Sequence record: CM128224.1
DNA length: 32,000 nt
Strand: one strand, 5' to 3'
The notes below the pieces were generated by a model that was not told the DNA's origin, made no database searches, and worked only from the letters and a program-made list of their open reading frames with translations. Both the position numbers and the translations under genes were made by a program. Every line of letters begins with the position of its first letter. Within the stretch, counting starts at the first letter, position 1. This document shows, one piece after another, positions 10,530 to 22,709 of this stretch.

Positions 10530-10681
10530 TTTTACTTAGTTAATTTTGAAGTTTAACTTTCAAATTAACTAATTGATTTTATCATTATAAAAACATATAA
10601 TAAATAAATATATTAAAAGCTAAAATAAAAAATTTAAAAATTAGCTCTATTATTCAAAAACTCAGGAGATCAGTTTTATTT

Positions 10682-11074
10682 ATGTCTACAATAACTATTG
10701 AGATTTTAGAAAAACTAAAAACAATTACTTTATTAGAAGCTTCGCAATTAGTATCACAAATTGAAGATGCTTTTGGTGTAGATGCATCTATTCAAACAAC
10801 AAGTGGAACAAGTGCAGCTTCAACAGAAATTACAAAACAAGAAGAAGTAATAGAAGAAAAAACTACTTTTGATATTATTTTAGAAGAAGTTCCAAGTGAC
10901 AAACGTGTACCTATTTTAAAAGTAATACGTAATTTAACTTCTTTAGATTTAAAACAAGCAAAAGAAGCTATTACAGATTTACCAAAAACAATCTTACAAG
11001 GTGCGTCAAAAGAAGAATCAGAAACAGCAAAACAACAATTAGAAGCTGCGGGCGGGAAAATTAAAGTATCTTAA
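10682..11074 (+). CDS. rpl12: 50S ribosomal protein L7/L12
   Basis: 130 aa with an N-terminal dimerisation helix, a flexible S/T/E hinge, and a C-terminal domain (KVIRxLTSLDLKQAKE...LEAAGGKIKV). Confidence 0.94.
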   Translation: MSTITIEILEKLKTITLLEASQLVSQIEDAFGVDASIQTTSGTSAASTEITKQEEVIEEKTTFDIILEEVPSDKRVPILKVIRNLTSLDLKQAKEAITDLPKTILQGASKEESETAKQQLEAAGGKIKVS

Positions 11075-11135
11075 TGTTTAAAAATATTTATTATTTATAA
11101 ATATTCTAGTTATAAATAATAAATATTTTTAAACA
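11075..11135 (+). terminator. Perfect 26-bp stem-loop between rpl12 and trnR(CCG)
   Basis: 11075-11100 (tgtttaaaaatatttattatttataa) is the exact reverse complement of 11110-11135, with a 9-nt loop. It starts 1 nt after the rpl12 stop and ends 7 nt before the tRNA. Confidence 0.6.
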
Positions 11136-11142
11136 AATATTA

Positions 11143-11217
11143 AAGCTTGTAACTCAGTGGATCAAGAGTACGTGTTTCCGAAGCACGTTGTCGCGGGTTC
11201 AATTCCCGCCAAGCTTA
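11143..11217 (+). tRNA. trnR(CCG): tRNA-Arg (anticodon CCG)
   Basis: Hand-folded cloverleaf: acceptor aagcttg/caagctt, D stem actc/gagt, anticodon stem cgtgt/gcacg with loop ttCCGaa, T arm gcggg-ttcaatt-cccgc. Confidence 0.88.
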
Positions 11218-11238
11218 AAAAATTGTAGCTATTAAAAT

Positions 11239-11325
11239 CGGAGAAAGAGGGATTCGAACCCTCGGTATGTTTTATCATACGACGCGTTAGCAATGCGTTA
11301 CCTTCGACCACTCGGCCATTTCTCC
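11239..11325 (-). tRNA. trnS(GCU): tRNA-Ser (anticodon GCU), class II
   Basis: The reverse complement folds with acceptor ggagaaa/tttctcc, anticodon loop ttGCTaa, long variable arm gtatg-ataaaa-catac, and T arm gaggg-ttcgaat-ccctc. Confidence 0.9.
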
Positions 11326-11404
11326 TGGTATGTAGTATTTATCATATTATTATCAGCTAATAAAAAAATAAAGATATGTAAAAAAATTTAGTTTTTTATA
11401 AAAT

Positions 11405-11433
11405 AATGCCCCCCCATTATGGGGAGGAGCATT
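11405..11433 (-). terminator. GC-rich imperfect hairpin 3' of psbC
   Basis: aatgccccccc-attat-ggggaggagcatt lies 8 nt downstream of the psbC stop. It is one of the few GC-rich elements in an AT-rich spacer. Confidence 0.5.
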
Positions 11434-11440
11434 AAGAAAG

Positions 11441-13928
<2,488 letters not shown>

Positions 13929-14061
13929 TTAAAATTAAATATATATTTATTAAAAATATTTTTAATAAATATTTGTTTTTTTGTTTACGCTATAAATTAG
14001 TATAGTATGTTTTTAAATTTTTTCAAGTTACTAGATTTTAGTAAATTTAATTAAAAACTAA

Positions 14062-14175
14062 TTACAATTTTAACTGATCACCACGACGATATTGTAAGTA
14101 CGCGGTAACAAACAATCCTATAATTGTTACTGGAACTAAGCCAAGAACAATCCCTGATAATAATGGTTCTACCAT
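14062..14175 (-). CDS. petG: Cytochrome b6f subunit V, PetG (37 aa), not in the ORF track
   Basis: Hand translation gives [37 protein letters not shown], the near-invariant PetG sequence. Confidence 0.93.
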   Translation of the reverse strand: MVEPLLSGIVLGLVPVTIIGLFVTAYLQYRRGDQLKL

Positions 14176-14236
14176 ATTTAAAATTTCTCCAAACCCGATA
14201 AATTAAAAAATTATTAATAAAAAAATAATAATTTTT

Positions 14237-14332
14237 TTATATTAATTTAATTTTTACTAAACTATAATAACATATTACTGTTATTAATGAAGCTCCAATT
14301 AATAAAGCGAGATAACTAAAAATTGTAATCAT
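14237..14332 (-). CDS. petL: Cytochrome b6f subunit VI, PetL (31 aa), not in the ORF track
   Basis: Hand translation gives MITIFSYLALLIGASLITVICYYSLVKIKLI*. It is a single TM helix with the PetL-type N-terminus and K-I-K/R-L-I C-terminus, and it sits between petG and petA. Confidence 0.78.
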   Translation of the reverse strand: MITIFSYLALLIGASLITVICYYSLVKIKLI

Positions 14333-14378
14333 TTTTTTAATAAAATTGATTTATGAAAGAATAAATTTTTTAAATTAA

Positions 14379-15338
14379 TTAAAAATTCATTTCAGATAAT
14401 TGAACTTTTTCGTATTGTTTCTTTTTTAATACAAAAAATACTTGGGCAAATAAAACTAAAATAAAAAAAACTAATAAACCGATAATTCGAGTTGGGTTTT
14501 GTAAAACAATTTCTGTTTCACCTTGCCCAAAACCACCGACATTCGGGTTACTTGTTAATGCTTGATCTAGCTTAACTTCATTACCAGTTTTTACAATTAA
14601 CTCGGGACCTGGCGGTACTGTATCTGTAATAATATCACCATTTGCCGTTTGAATACTAATTAAAAATCCACCTTTTTTCTCAATTGGTTCTATACTAGTG
14701 ATTTTTCCGGCGCTAGATGCAGTATAAATAGTATTATTACTTTTTGAGCCGTCTGGATAAATTTGACCACGACCACGATTTCCACCAAAATAAATAGGGT
14801 ATTTTAAATACGATACTGATTTATTTTTAGTCGGATCGGGTGATAAAATAGGAAAAACAAGTTCTTTATATTTTTTACCTGGAACTGGCCCAACAACTAA
14901 AATATTAGGTTTTTCCGCATTATATGATGAAAAATATAATTTCCCCATTTTCGCTTTAATTTCTTCTGGTATTCTTTCCGGAGGTGCTAACTGAAAATTT
15001 TCTGGTAAAATAAGCACAGCGCCTACATTTAAATCACCTTTTTTACCGTTCCCTAAAACTTGTTTAATTTGTTTATCGTAAGGTATTTTTGCAACTGCCT
15101 CAAATACTGTATTTGGTAAAACAGCTTGTGGTACTTCAATTTCGATTGGCTTTTGGGCTAAATGACAATTCGCACACACAATTCGCCCATTTGCTTCCCG
15201 AGGGTTGTTGTAATTTTGTTGAGCAAAAATAGGATAGGCATTACTTGGAGCACTAACTAGAAAAGTAATACCCAAAAGAAATGTTAATTTAATACAAAAA
15301 TTAATTGGTAGTTTAAATAGATAAATGGAATACTTCAT
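14379..15338 (-). CDS. petA: Cytochrome f precursor
   Basis: 319 aa. The signal peptide ends in SNA, the mature N-terminus is YPIFAQQ, the heme site is CANCH, and there is a C-terminal TM anchor. Confidence 0.97.
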   Translation of the reverse strand: MKYSIYLFKLPINFCIKLTFLLGITFLVSAPSNAYPIFAQQNYNNPREANGRIVCANCHLAQKPIEIEVPQAVLPNTVFEAVAKIPYDKQIKQVLGNGKKGDLNVGAVLILPENFQLAPPERIPEEIKAKMGKLYFSSYNAEKPNILVVGPVPGKKYKELVFPILSPDPTKNKSVSYLKYPIYFGGNRGRGQIYPDGSKSNNTIYTASSAGKITSIEPIEKKGGFLISIQTANGDIITDTVPPGPELIVKTGNEVKLDQALTSNPNVGGFGQGETEIVLQNPTRIIGLLVFFILVLFAQVFFVLKKKQYEKVQLSEMNF

Positions 15339-15475
15339 AAAATTGATTCTATCTGTTTTTTAAATTAAAAAACATAAAAAATAAAATTTTCTTCTCTGCA
15401 TTTTTATAATTTATAGATATTTTAATTTCTTGTTTTATTATACTCTTTCATAGAGTAAAAAAAAAATACTTTTAA

Positions 15476-15504
15476 TTGAATTAATTTTGTAAAAAAGTTA
15501 TACT
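15476..15504 (+). promoter_or_regulatory. Candidate sigma70-type (PEP) promoter upstream of chlI
   Basis: TTGAAT (15476-15481), a 17-nt spacer, then TATACT (15499-15504), about 95 nt upstream of the chlI ATG. This is a motif match only, in AT-rich DNA. Confidence 0.25.
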
Positions 15505-15599
15505 ATTAGTAATTAGAAATTAAGAGTTTTTTTATATATTAAGAACTATAAAAAATCAGAATATTAACAATTAAAATAAAATTATTCTCTGATCATATT

Positions 15600-16670
15600 A
15601 TGATTTCAACAGATACAGATACAACTAATTTAGAACAAATAAGACCCGTTTTTCCTTTTACCGCTATTGTTGGTCAAGATGAAATGAAACTAGCTCTTAT
15701 TTTGAATGTAATTGACCCAAAAATTGGGGGCGTTATGATTATGGGTGACAGAGGAACAGGAAAATCTACTACTGTACGCGCGCTAGTCGATTTATTACCA
15801 GAAATAGAGAGTATAGAAGATGATCCATTTAATTCAGATCCGCATGACCTTGAATTGATGAGTAAAGAAGTTCGAGAAAAAATACAAAAAAAAGAATCAT
15901 TATCTATCATTAAAAAAAAAATTTCGATGGTAGATTTGCCGTTAGGGGCCACAGAAGATCGTGTTTGTGGTACAATCGATATTGAAAAAGCTTTGACACA
16001 AGGTGTTAAAGCTTTTGAACCGGGTTTATTAGCAAAAGCAAATCGTGGTATTTTATACGTCGATGAAGTTAATCTTTTAGATGATCATTTAGTAGATGTT
16101 TTATTAGATTCTGCAGCTTCTGGTTGGAATACCGTGGAACGAGAAGGTATTTCAATTAGTCACCCAGCTCGTTTTATTCTCGTTGGCTCTGGAAATCCAG
16201 AAGAAGGTGAATGTAGACCACAACTTTTAGATAGATTTGGGATGCATGCTCAAATAGGAACTGTTAAAGAACCCCATTTACGTGTGCAAATTGTAGAACA
16301 ACGAGCTGATTTTGATGCATCACCTTTAAAATTTAGAAATATTTATAAGCAATCACAAGAACAACTAGCAAATCAAATAATTAAAGCTAGAGAGTTGCTA
16401 CCGGAAGTTCAAATTGATTATGATTTCCGTATCAAAATTTCGCAAATTTGTGGAGAATTGGATGTAGATGGTTTACGCGGAGATTTAGTAACAAATCGAG
16501 CAAGTAAAGCTTTAGCTGCTTTTTATGGTCATACTAACGTGAATGAAAAGGATATTTTTAAAGTAATTCCACTATCTTTACGTCATCGATTAAGAAAAGA
16601 CCCGTTAGAATCTATAGATTCTGGGGATAAAGTACGTGAAGCCTTTAAACGTGTTTTTGGGTATAATTAA
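15600..16670 (+). CDS. chlI: Magnesium chelatase subunit I
   Basis: 356 aa of the AAA+ type, with Walker A GDRGTGKS, Walker [10 protein letters not shown], and [13 protein letters not shown] at the N-terminus. Confidence 0.97.
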   Translation: MISTDTDTTNLEQIRPVFPFTAIVGQDEMKLALILNVIDPKIGGVMIMGDRGTGKSTTVRALVDLLPEIESIEDDPFNSDPHDLELMSKEVREKIQKKESLSIIKKKISMVDLPLGATEDRVCGTIDIEKALTQGVKAFEPGLLAKANRGILYVDEVNLLDDHLVDVLLDSAASGWNTVEREGISISHPARFILVGSGNPEEGECRPQLLDRFGMHAQIGTVKEPHLRVQIVEQRADFDASPLKFRNIYKQSQEQLANQIIKARELLPEVQIDYDFRIKISQICGELDVDGLRGDLVTNRASKALAAFYGHTNVNEKDIFKVIPLSLRHRLRKDPLESIDSGDKVREAFKRVFGYN

Positions 16671-16676
16671 ATAACT

Positions 16677-16724
16677 TGACAAATCTTTTTATTGATAAGT
16701 ATTAATTAATAAAAAGATTTGTCA
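16677..16724 (+). terminator. Perfect 17-bp stem-loop between chlI and trnR(UCU)
   Basis: tgacaaatctttttatt (16677-16693) is the exact reverse complement of 16708-16724, with a 14-nt loop. It ends 1 nt before the tRNA 5' end. Confidence 0.6.
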
Positions 16725-16725
16725 C

Positions 16726-16797
16726 GGGCTTATCGTCTAATGGATAGGACAGGAACCTTCTAAGTTTCTAATGTAGGTTCAATTCCTACTAAGCTCA
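16726..16797 (+). tRNA. trnR(UCU): tRNA-Arg (anticodon UCU)
   Basis: Cloverleaf: acceptor gggctta/taagctc, anticodon stem ggaac/gtttc with loop ctTCTaa, T arm gtagg-ttcaatt-cctac. Confidence 0.9.
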
Positions 16798-16891
16798 AAT
16801 TCAATTTTAAAAAAATTTAATAATTATTAATAAAAATATGTTATAATAAAATTATCTGTAGCCTATAAATTAAAAACTAATTTTTAAATAC

Positions 16892-17008
16892 ATGTTAACT
16901 TTAAAAATTTTTGTATATACTGTTGTAACATTTTTTGTTTCACTTTTCATTTTTGGATTTTTATCTAATGACCCGGGCAGAAGTCCAGGGCAAAAAGATA
17001 TTGATTAA
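16892..17008 (+). CDS. psbI: Photosystem II protein I (38 aa), not in the ORF track
   Basis: Hand translation gives [38 protein letters not shown], the near-invariant PsbI sequence. Confidence 0.93.
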   Translation: MLTLKIFVYTVVTFFVSLFIFGFLSNDPGRSPGQKDID

Positions 17009-17049
17009 TTTTTCTATTTTTTCAAATTCAACATTTATTAATATATAAT

Positions 17050-17088
17050 TTTTTGTATTAACTAGCTAAAAACTAGTTAATACAAAAA
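17050..17088 (+). terminator. Perfect 16-bp stem-loop between psbI and ycf3
   Basis: tttttgtattaactag (17050-17065) is the exact reverse complement of 17073-17088, with a 7-nt loop. Confidence 0.55.
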
Positions 17089-17104
17089 TACTATGATTTA
17101 AAAT

Positions 17105-17608
17105 ATGCCACGGTCACAACGAAACGATAATTTTATTGATAAATCTTTTACTGTAATTGCTGATATATTATTAAAAATATTACCTACTTCTAATCGCGAA
17201 AAACAAGCATTTAGCTACTATCGAGATGGAATGTCAGCTCAGTCTGAAGGAGAATACGCAGAAGCTTTGCAAAATTATTACGAAGCTTTGCGTTTAGAAA
17301 CAGATGCGTATGACCGAAGTTATATCTTATATAATATTGGATTAATCCATACTAGTAATGGTGATCACGCGCGCGCTTTAGACTATTATTATCAAGCATT
17401 AGAACGAAATCCCGCACTACCACAAGCTTTAAATAATGTGGCTGTAATTTTTCATTATCGGGGTGAACAAGCTATAGAGATAGGGCAAATAGAAATATCT
17501 AAATTGCTATTTGATAAAGCTGCGGACTACTGGCGTGAAGCTATTAGAATAGCGCCGACTAACTACATTGAAGCACAAAATTGGCTTCAAATGACTGGTA
17601 GAGGTTAA
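17105..17608 (+). CDS. ycf3: Photosystem I assembly TPR protein Ycf3 (PafI), no introns
   Basis: 167 aa ([24 protein letters not shown]...) with three TPR units ([25 protein letters not shown]...). Confidence 0.96.
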   Translation: MPRSQRNDNFIDKSFTVIADILLKILPTSNREKQAFSYYRDGMSAQSEGEYAEALQNYYEALRLETDAYDRSYILYNIGLIHTSNGDHARALDYYYQALERNPALPQALNNVAVIFHYRGEQAIEIGQIEISKLLFDKAADYWREAIRIAPTNYIEAQNWLQMTGRG

Positions 17609-17628
17609 ATTATGATGCATTACACATA

Positions 17629-17681
17629 ATATAGAATAAATATTCTAAGTTTATGGAAAACTTAAAATATTTATTCTATAT
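17629..17681 (+). terminator. 23-bp stem-loop with one mismatch, 3' of ycf3
   Basis: atatagaataaatattctaagtt (17629-17651) pairs with 17659-17681, with a 7-nt loop. Confidence 0.5.
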
Positions 17682-17705
17682 TTTAATTAAACTTAAAGTA
17701 ATAAA

Positions 17706-17778
17706 GCCTACTTAACTCAATTGGCAGAGTATCGGTTTTGTAAACCGAAGGTTATCGGTTCAACTCCGATAGTAGGCT
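17706..17778 (+). tRNA. trnT(UGU): tRNA-Thr (anticodon UGU)
   Basis: Cloverleaf: acceptor gcctact/agtaggc, D stem actc/gagt, anticodon stem tcggt/accga with loop ttTGTaa, T arm atcgg-ttcaact-ccgat. Confidence 0.9.
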
Positions 17779-17791
17779 ATTGAAATTTCAA

Positions 17792-17847
17792 AATATTAAA
17801 AATTATAGAAATATAATGTTGTAAATATTTCTATAATTTTTAATATT
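17792..17847 (+). repeat. Perfect 23-bp stem-loop downstream of trnT
   Basis: aatattaaaaattatagaaatat (17792-17814) is the exact reverse complement of 17825-17847, with a 10-nt loop. Confidence 0.5.
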
Positions 17848-17940
17848 ATAAAAACAATAAAATTAATTATTAAAAAATAAAAATTAAATATAATTAAAAA
17901 AACAACATAAATAATTAGTAATAAAAAAAAATTAAATATT

Positions 17941-18714
17941 ATGTTTAAAAATAATAATAAAATAATAAAATTAGAGGATATGGTACAAAGTGGAATGCAT
18001 TTTGGGCATTTTACTTCTGAATGGAATCCGCGAATGAAACCGTTTATTTATGGCGAACGATATGGGCGGCATATTTTAGATTTAGTGCAAACATATTATC
18101 TTTTAAATGACTTATTAGGGTTTTTAGAAAAAAGTGCTGCTCAAGGAAAAAAATTCTTATTCGTTGGCACGAAAAAACAAGCAGCCCCTTTAATTGAAAA
18201 AACAGCTATTGCGTGTAATAGCTATTACGTTAATCAACGTTGGCTAGGTGGAATGCTAACAAATTGGAAAACGATTCAACAGTCTCTACAACAATTACAA
18301 TCTTTTAGAAAAGCTGAAGAATCAGGTGAATGGGATTTATTAAAGAAAAAAGAAATTGCAAAAAAGAAACGCCAAAAATTACGTTTAGAAAAAAATTTAG
18401 CTGGGCTAGAAAATATGAAAAAATTGCCTGATGTTGTAATAATCATAGGGCAATCTGAAGAATTAAATGCTGTTAAAGAATGTCGACAATTAGGTATTAC
18501 TACAGTGACCCTTCTTGATAGTAACTGTGACCCTTATTTAGCAGATTGGTATATTCCAGCTAATGATGATTCTGCGGCAACGGTTAAATTCTTACTTTCT
18601 AACTTTCAAGACGCAATACTTTCTGGGGAAAAAATTAATAATGAGAACCAACAATTATTAAATGTTAAACAAAATATAAAAAAATCAAGTCGAATTAAAT
18701 CAAAAAAAACATAA
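17941..18714 (+). CDS. rps2: 30S ribosomal protein S2
   Basis: 257 aa with the motifs GMHFGH, FVGTKKQA and WLGGMLTNW, plus a K-rich C-terminal tail. Confidence 0.95.
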   Translation: MFKNNNKIIKLEDMVQSGMHFGHFTSEWNPRMKPFIYGERYGRHILDLVQTYYLLNDLLGFLEKSAAQGKKFLFVGTKKQAAPLIEKTAIACNSYYVNQRWLGGMLTNWKTIQQSLQQLQSFRKAEESGEWDLLKKKEIAKKKRQKLRLEKNLAGLENMKKLPDVVIIIGQSEELNAVKECRQLGITTVTLLDSNCDPYLADWYIPANDDSAATVKFLLSNFQDAILSGEKINNENQQLLNVKQNIKKSSRIKSKKT

Positions 18715-18826
18715 AAATTTTTATGTTTTATAAAGTAAATGTATAGTAAATATAAGAAAGCTATAATTAAAACTCTTTTTAATAAAAGCCACTTGAATTT
18801 ATATTTTTATAGAGGAAATAGTATTT

Positions 18827-19546
18827 ATGACAAACGTTTTGTTTGATTTAGCGGAAGTTTCTGTTGGTCAACATTGGTATTGGAACTTAGGACCCTATTT
18901 TGTTCATGGTCAAGTACTAATAACATCATGGGTTGTATTAAGTCTTATTATTGGAATAGCATTAATAGCTAATCAAAATTTAAAAACTATCCCAGAAAAT
19001 TTACAAAATCTAACGGAATATGTTACTGAATTTATTAGAGATTTAGCAAAAACCCAAATTGGAGAAAAAGATTATATAAAATGGGTTCCTTTTTTAGGAA
19101 CAATATTTTTATTTGTTTTTGTATCTAACTGGTCAGGTGCTTTATTACCCTGGCGTATTTTAGAACTCCCAAATGGGGAATTAGCGGCTCCTACAAATGA
19201 TATTAATACTACAGTTGCTTTAGCTCTTTTAACATCACTTGCGTATTTTTATGCAGGTATTAGTAAAAAAGGATTCTCGTATTTTAAACGTTATATATCT
19301 CCAGCGGCATTTTTATTACCAATTAATATTTTAGAAGATTTTACAAAACCTCTTTCTTTGAGTTTTCGACTTTTTGGTAATATTTTAGCTGATGAATTAG
19401 TTGTAGGTGTATTAATTACTTTAGTACCTTTGGTAGTTCCAATTCCAATAATGTTGCTTGGTTTATTCACAAGTGCCATCCAAGCTTTGGTTTTTGCTAC
19501 ATTAGCCGGGGCATATATTGGTGAATCGTTAGAAGATCACCATTAA
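18827..19546 (+). CDS. atpI: ATP synthase CF0 subunit a (IV)
   Basis: 239 aa with the motifs [19 protein letters not shown] and [16 protein letters not shown]. Confidence 0.97.
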   Translation: MTNVLFDLAEVSVGQHWYWNLGPYFVHGQVLITSWVVLSLIIGIALIANQNLKTIPENLQNLTEYVTEFIRDLAKTQIGEKDYIKWVPFLGTIFLFVFVSNWSGALLPWRILELPNGELAAPTNDINTTVALALLTSLAYFYAGISKKGFSYFKRYISPAAFLLPINILEDFTKPLSLSFRLFGNILADELVVGVLITLVPLVVPIPIMLLGLFTSAIQALVFATLAGAYIGESLEDHH

Positions 19547-19656
19547 AAATAATTTTTAATTTTTTTTTTTATTAATTAATTTTTTTTAGTATTTAATAAA
19601 ATTAATTAATTTTTAAAATTGTTTTTTTTATAAAAAAAATGTTAAAATAATTCTAA

Positions 19657-19959
<303 letters not shown>

Positions 19960-19983
19960 CAAAATTAAATAAAAAAATTTATT

Positions 19984-20511
19984 ATGAATGCTAACTCGCT
20001 TTTTATTTTAGCGGATCATTTTAGTTTTAATACAAATATAATTGAAACCAATGTATTAAATTTAGCTGTAGTATTAGCTGTTGTGGTTATTTACGTCGGA
20101 GACGCTCTAAAAGGCCTTCTTGCAAATAGAAAAGAAACAATTGTTACCAATTTTCAAGAAGCAGATCGGCGTGCTTTACAAGCTAAAGAACGTGTGAACC
20201 AAGCTCAAATACAATTTGAAGAAGCAAAACAAAAAGCTTCCAAAATTAGAAATCAAGCTTCAATTACTATAGAAAACGAAAAAGAAAAATTTAATCGCGA
20301 AATTACAGAAGATTTAAATAGATTGAAGGTTTTTCAACAAGAAAGCTATAAATTAGAACAACAAAAAGTTCAAAATCAAATAGCTGAAAAATTAATTGAA
20401 TTATCATTAAATCAAGTTAAAAAAAAAATAAAATTACGGTTAAATTCGTCTAATCATAGTATTTTAAATAACTTTCAAATTGTACTTTTTACTAATTATA
20501 AAAAAAATTAA
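19984..20511 (+). CDS. atpF: ATP synthase CF0 subunit b (I), no intron
   Basis: 175 aa. One N-terminal TM helix is followed by a long charged coiled coil, and the gene sits between atpH and atpA. Confidence 0.88.
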   Translation: MNANSLFILADHFSFNTNIIETNVLNLAVVLAVVVIYVGDALKGLLANRKETIVTNFQEADRRALQAKERVNQAQIQFEEAKQKASKIRNQASITIENEKEKFNREITEDLNRLKVFQQESYKLEQQKVQNQIAEKLIELSLNQVKKKIKLRLNSSNHSILNNFQIVLFTNYKKN

Positions 20512-20647
20512 TTCTAGCATTTTTTTAGATTTTATATTTTTTAATTATTAGTATCACATTTAAAACTATTTTGTGATTCTAGAAAAATAATTAAAAAATA
20601 AAGTCTATTTTTTTAAGGATAATTGGCAGGAGGATGTTCATCTTATT

Positions 20648-22168
20648 ATGGTAAAAATCAAACCAGATGAAATTAGTAGTATTATTAAACAACAAATCCA
20701 ACAATACCAACAAGAAATTAAAACAGTTAATGTTGGAACTGTTTTTCAAGTTGGGGATGGAATCGCTCGTATCTATGGTCTTGATGATGTAATGGCTGGT
20801 GAATTACTTGAGTTTCAAGACGGTACTGTGGGTATTGCATTAAACTTAGAGGCAAAAAATGTTGGGGCTGTTCTTATGGGAGACGGTACAAATGTACAAG
20901 AAGGTAGTTCTGTACGTGCCACAGGAAAAATCGCTCAGATTCCTGTAGGGGAAGCTTTTTTAGGCCGCGTAGTGAACCCTTTAGCTCGCCCTATTGATGG
21001 GAAAGGTGAAATTCAAAGTAATACAAACAGATTAATTGAATCCTCTGCTCCTGGTATTATTTCTCGACGATCAGTACATGAACCATTACAAACTGGAATT
21101 TTATCTATTGATTCAATGATTCCTATTGGTCGAGGACAACGTGAATTAATTATTGGGGACCGACAAACTGGTAAAACAGCTATCGGCGTAGACACTATTC
21201 TTAATCAAAAAGGAAAAAACGTTGTTTGTGTTTATGTTGCAATTGGTCAAAAAGCTTCTTCTATTGCTCAAGTAGTAAATACATTACAAGAAAAAGGTGC
21301 TCTTGAATATACAATAATTGTTGCAGCTACTGCTAATTCACCAGCAACATTACAATATTTAGCTCCTTATACTGGCGCAGCTTTAGCTGAGTTCTTTATG
21401 TATAATGGACAGCATACTCTTGTTATTTATGATGATTTAACAAAACAAGCACAAGCATACCGCGAAATGTCTTTATTATTAAGACGACCTCCGGGTCGTG
21501 AAGCTTATCCGGGAGATGTTTTTTATCTACATTCACGTCTTTTAGAACGAGCTGCTAAACTTAGTGATAAGTTAGGTGGTGGAAGTATGACAGCACTTCC
21601 AGTAGTAGAAACACAGGAAGGTGACGTTTCAGCTTACATACCAACTAATGTTATATCGATCACTGATGGTCAAATTTTCTTATCAGCAGATATCTTTAAT
21701 GCTAATGTAAGACCTGCGATTAATGTTGGAATTTCTGTTTCCCGTGTTGGTTCTGCAGCACAACCAAAAGCAATGAAACAAGTTGCTGGGAAATTAAAAT
21801 TAGAATTAGCTCAATTCGCAGAATTAGAAGCTTTTTCTCAATTTGCTTCTGATTTAGACCAAGCGACTCAAAATCAGTTAGCACGAGGACAACGTTTACG
21901 GGAATTATTAAAACAAACACAATCTTCTCCATTAAATCTAGAAGACCAAGTATCAAGTATTTTTGCTGGTACTAATGGTTATTTAGATGATATCCCAGTT
22001 GATCGTGTATCAGACTTTCTAATAGGTTTAAGACAATATTTAGTTAATAATCAACCAAAATATGGTGAAATTATAAAATCTAGTAATACTTTTACCTCAG
22101 AAGCAGAAGAAATTTTGAAAAATAGTTTAAAAGATTTCACTGAAGAGTTTTTAGCATCAAGCAAATAA
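20648..22168 (+). CDS. atpA: ATP synthase CF1 alpha subunit
   Basis: 506 aa with Walker A GDRQTGKT, plus [11 protein letters not shown]-type and [21 protein letters not shown] motifs. Confidence 0.98.
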   Translation: MVKIKPDEISSIIKQQIQQYQQEIKTVNVGTVFQVGDGIARIYGLDDVMAGELLEFQDGTVGIALNLEAKNVGAVLMGDGTNVQEGSSVRATGKIAQIPVGEAFLGRVVNPLARPIDGKGEIQSNTNRLIESSAPGIISRRSVHEPLQTGILSIDSMIPIGRGQRELIIGDRQTGKTAIGVDTILNQKGKNVVCVYVAIGQKASSIAQVVNTLQEKGALEYTIIVAATANSPATLQYLAPYTGAALAEFFMYNGQHTLVIYDDLTKQAQAYREMSLLLRRPPGREAYPGDVFYLHSRLLERAAKLSDKLGGGSMTALPVVETQEGDVSAYIPTNVISITDGQIFLSADIFNANVRPAINVGISVSRVGSAAQPKAMKQVAGKLKLELAQFAELEAFSQFASDLDQATQNQLARGQRLRELLKQTQSSPLNLEDQVSSIFAGTNGYLDDIPVDRVSDFLIGLRQYLVNNQPKYGEIIKSSNTFTSEAEEILKNSLKDFTEEFLASSK

Positions 22169-22220
22169 TAAAAATGCATTGATATGTCTTGTATATTAAC
22201 ACATATCAATGCATTTTTAT
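22168..22220 (+). terminator. Perfect 20-bp stem-loop at the atpA 3' end
   Basis: ataaaaatgcattgatatgt (22168-22187) is the exact reverse complement of 22201-22220, with a 13-nt loop. trnM starts 20 nt later. Confidence 0.6.
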
Positions 22221-22239
22221 ATAATTAATTATATGAGAG

Positions 22240-22313
22240 GCCTACTTAGCTCAGCTGGTTAGAGCATCCGTCTCATACGCGGAATGTCACTGGTTCAAAT
22301 CCAGTAGTAGGCA
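22240..22313 (+). tRNA. trnM(CAU): Elongator tRNA-Met (anticodon CAU)
   Basis: Cloverleaf: acceptor gcctact/agtaggc, anticodon stem tccgt/gcgga with loop ctCATac, T arm actgg-ttcaaat-ccagt. The sequence resembles plastid elongator trnM. It lacks the initiator's 1-72 mismatch and three G-C pairs in the anticodon stem. Confidence 0.85.
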
Positions 22314-22383
22314 CACTTATAAAAGTTAATTATAAATGATGTTAGTTTACGAAAAAATATGTATTATTTATGAAATCAAGTAC

Positions 22384-22412
22384 TTGACAAAGAAATAATA
22401 TATATATATATT
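22384..22412 (+). promoter_or_regulatory. Candidate sigma70-type promoter upstream of trnD
   Basis: Consensus TTGACA (22384-22389), a 17-nt spacer, then TATATT (22407-22412), which ends 20 nt before trnD. Confidence 0.35.
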
Positions 22413-22432
22413 ATTTATAAATAAATTTTACG

Positions 22433-22507
22433 GGGGCTGTAGTTCAATTGGCTCAGAGCGCCGCCCTGTCACGGCGGAGGTTGCGGGTTCGAAGCCCGTC
22501 AGTCCCG
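22433..22507 (+). tRNA. trnD(GUC): tRNA-Asp (anticodon GUC)
   Basis: Cloverleaf: acceptor ggggctg/cagtccc, anticodon stem ccgcc/ggcgg with loop ctGTCac, T arm gcggg-ttcgaag-cccgt. Confidence 0.9.
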
Positions 22508-22537
22508 TATAAAAAACATACAGTAAATTTAAAAAAA

Positions 22538-22632
22538 TTACAGTATAATTTACTCTAATTTTGTTATAATTTATAATAATTAATTACGGTGCGTTTATAT
22601 AAATTATAACAAAATTAGTAATTATACTGTAA
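22538..22632. repeat. Long inverted repeat (13 + 3 + 20 bp arms, about 22-nt loop) in the trnD-trnI spacer
   Basis: The left arm is ttacagtataatt-tactct-aattttgttataatttata. The reverse complement of the right arm is ttacagtataatt-act-aattttgttataatttata. Confidence 0.7.
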
Positions 22633-22709
22633 TAAAAAAAATTTTTAGTTCTTATATTTTGAATAATACTTTGAATATTAAATAAAAAGTAATAGTTTTT
22701 TTTTTAAAT

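Noticed and set aside
15674-15952. 92-aa minus-strand ORF
   Set aside because: It is antisense within chlI.
16675-16680. TTGACA box after chlI as a promoter for trnR(UCU)
   Set aside because: The hexamer is part of the left arm of the perfect 17-bp hairpin, and no -10-like element follows at 16-19 nt.
21013-21956. Minus-strand ORFs of 60 and 78 aa
   Set aside because: They are antisense within atpA.
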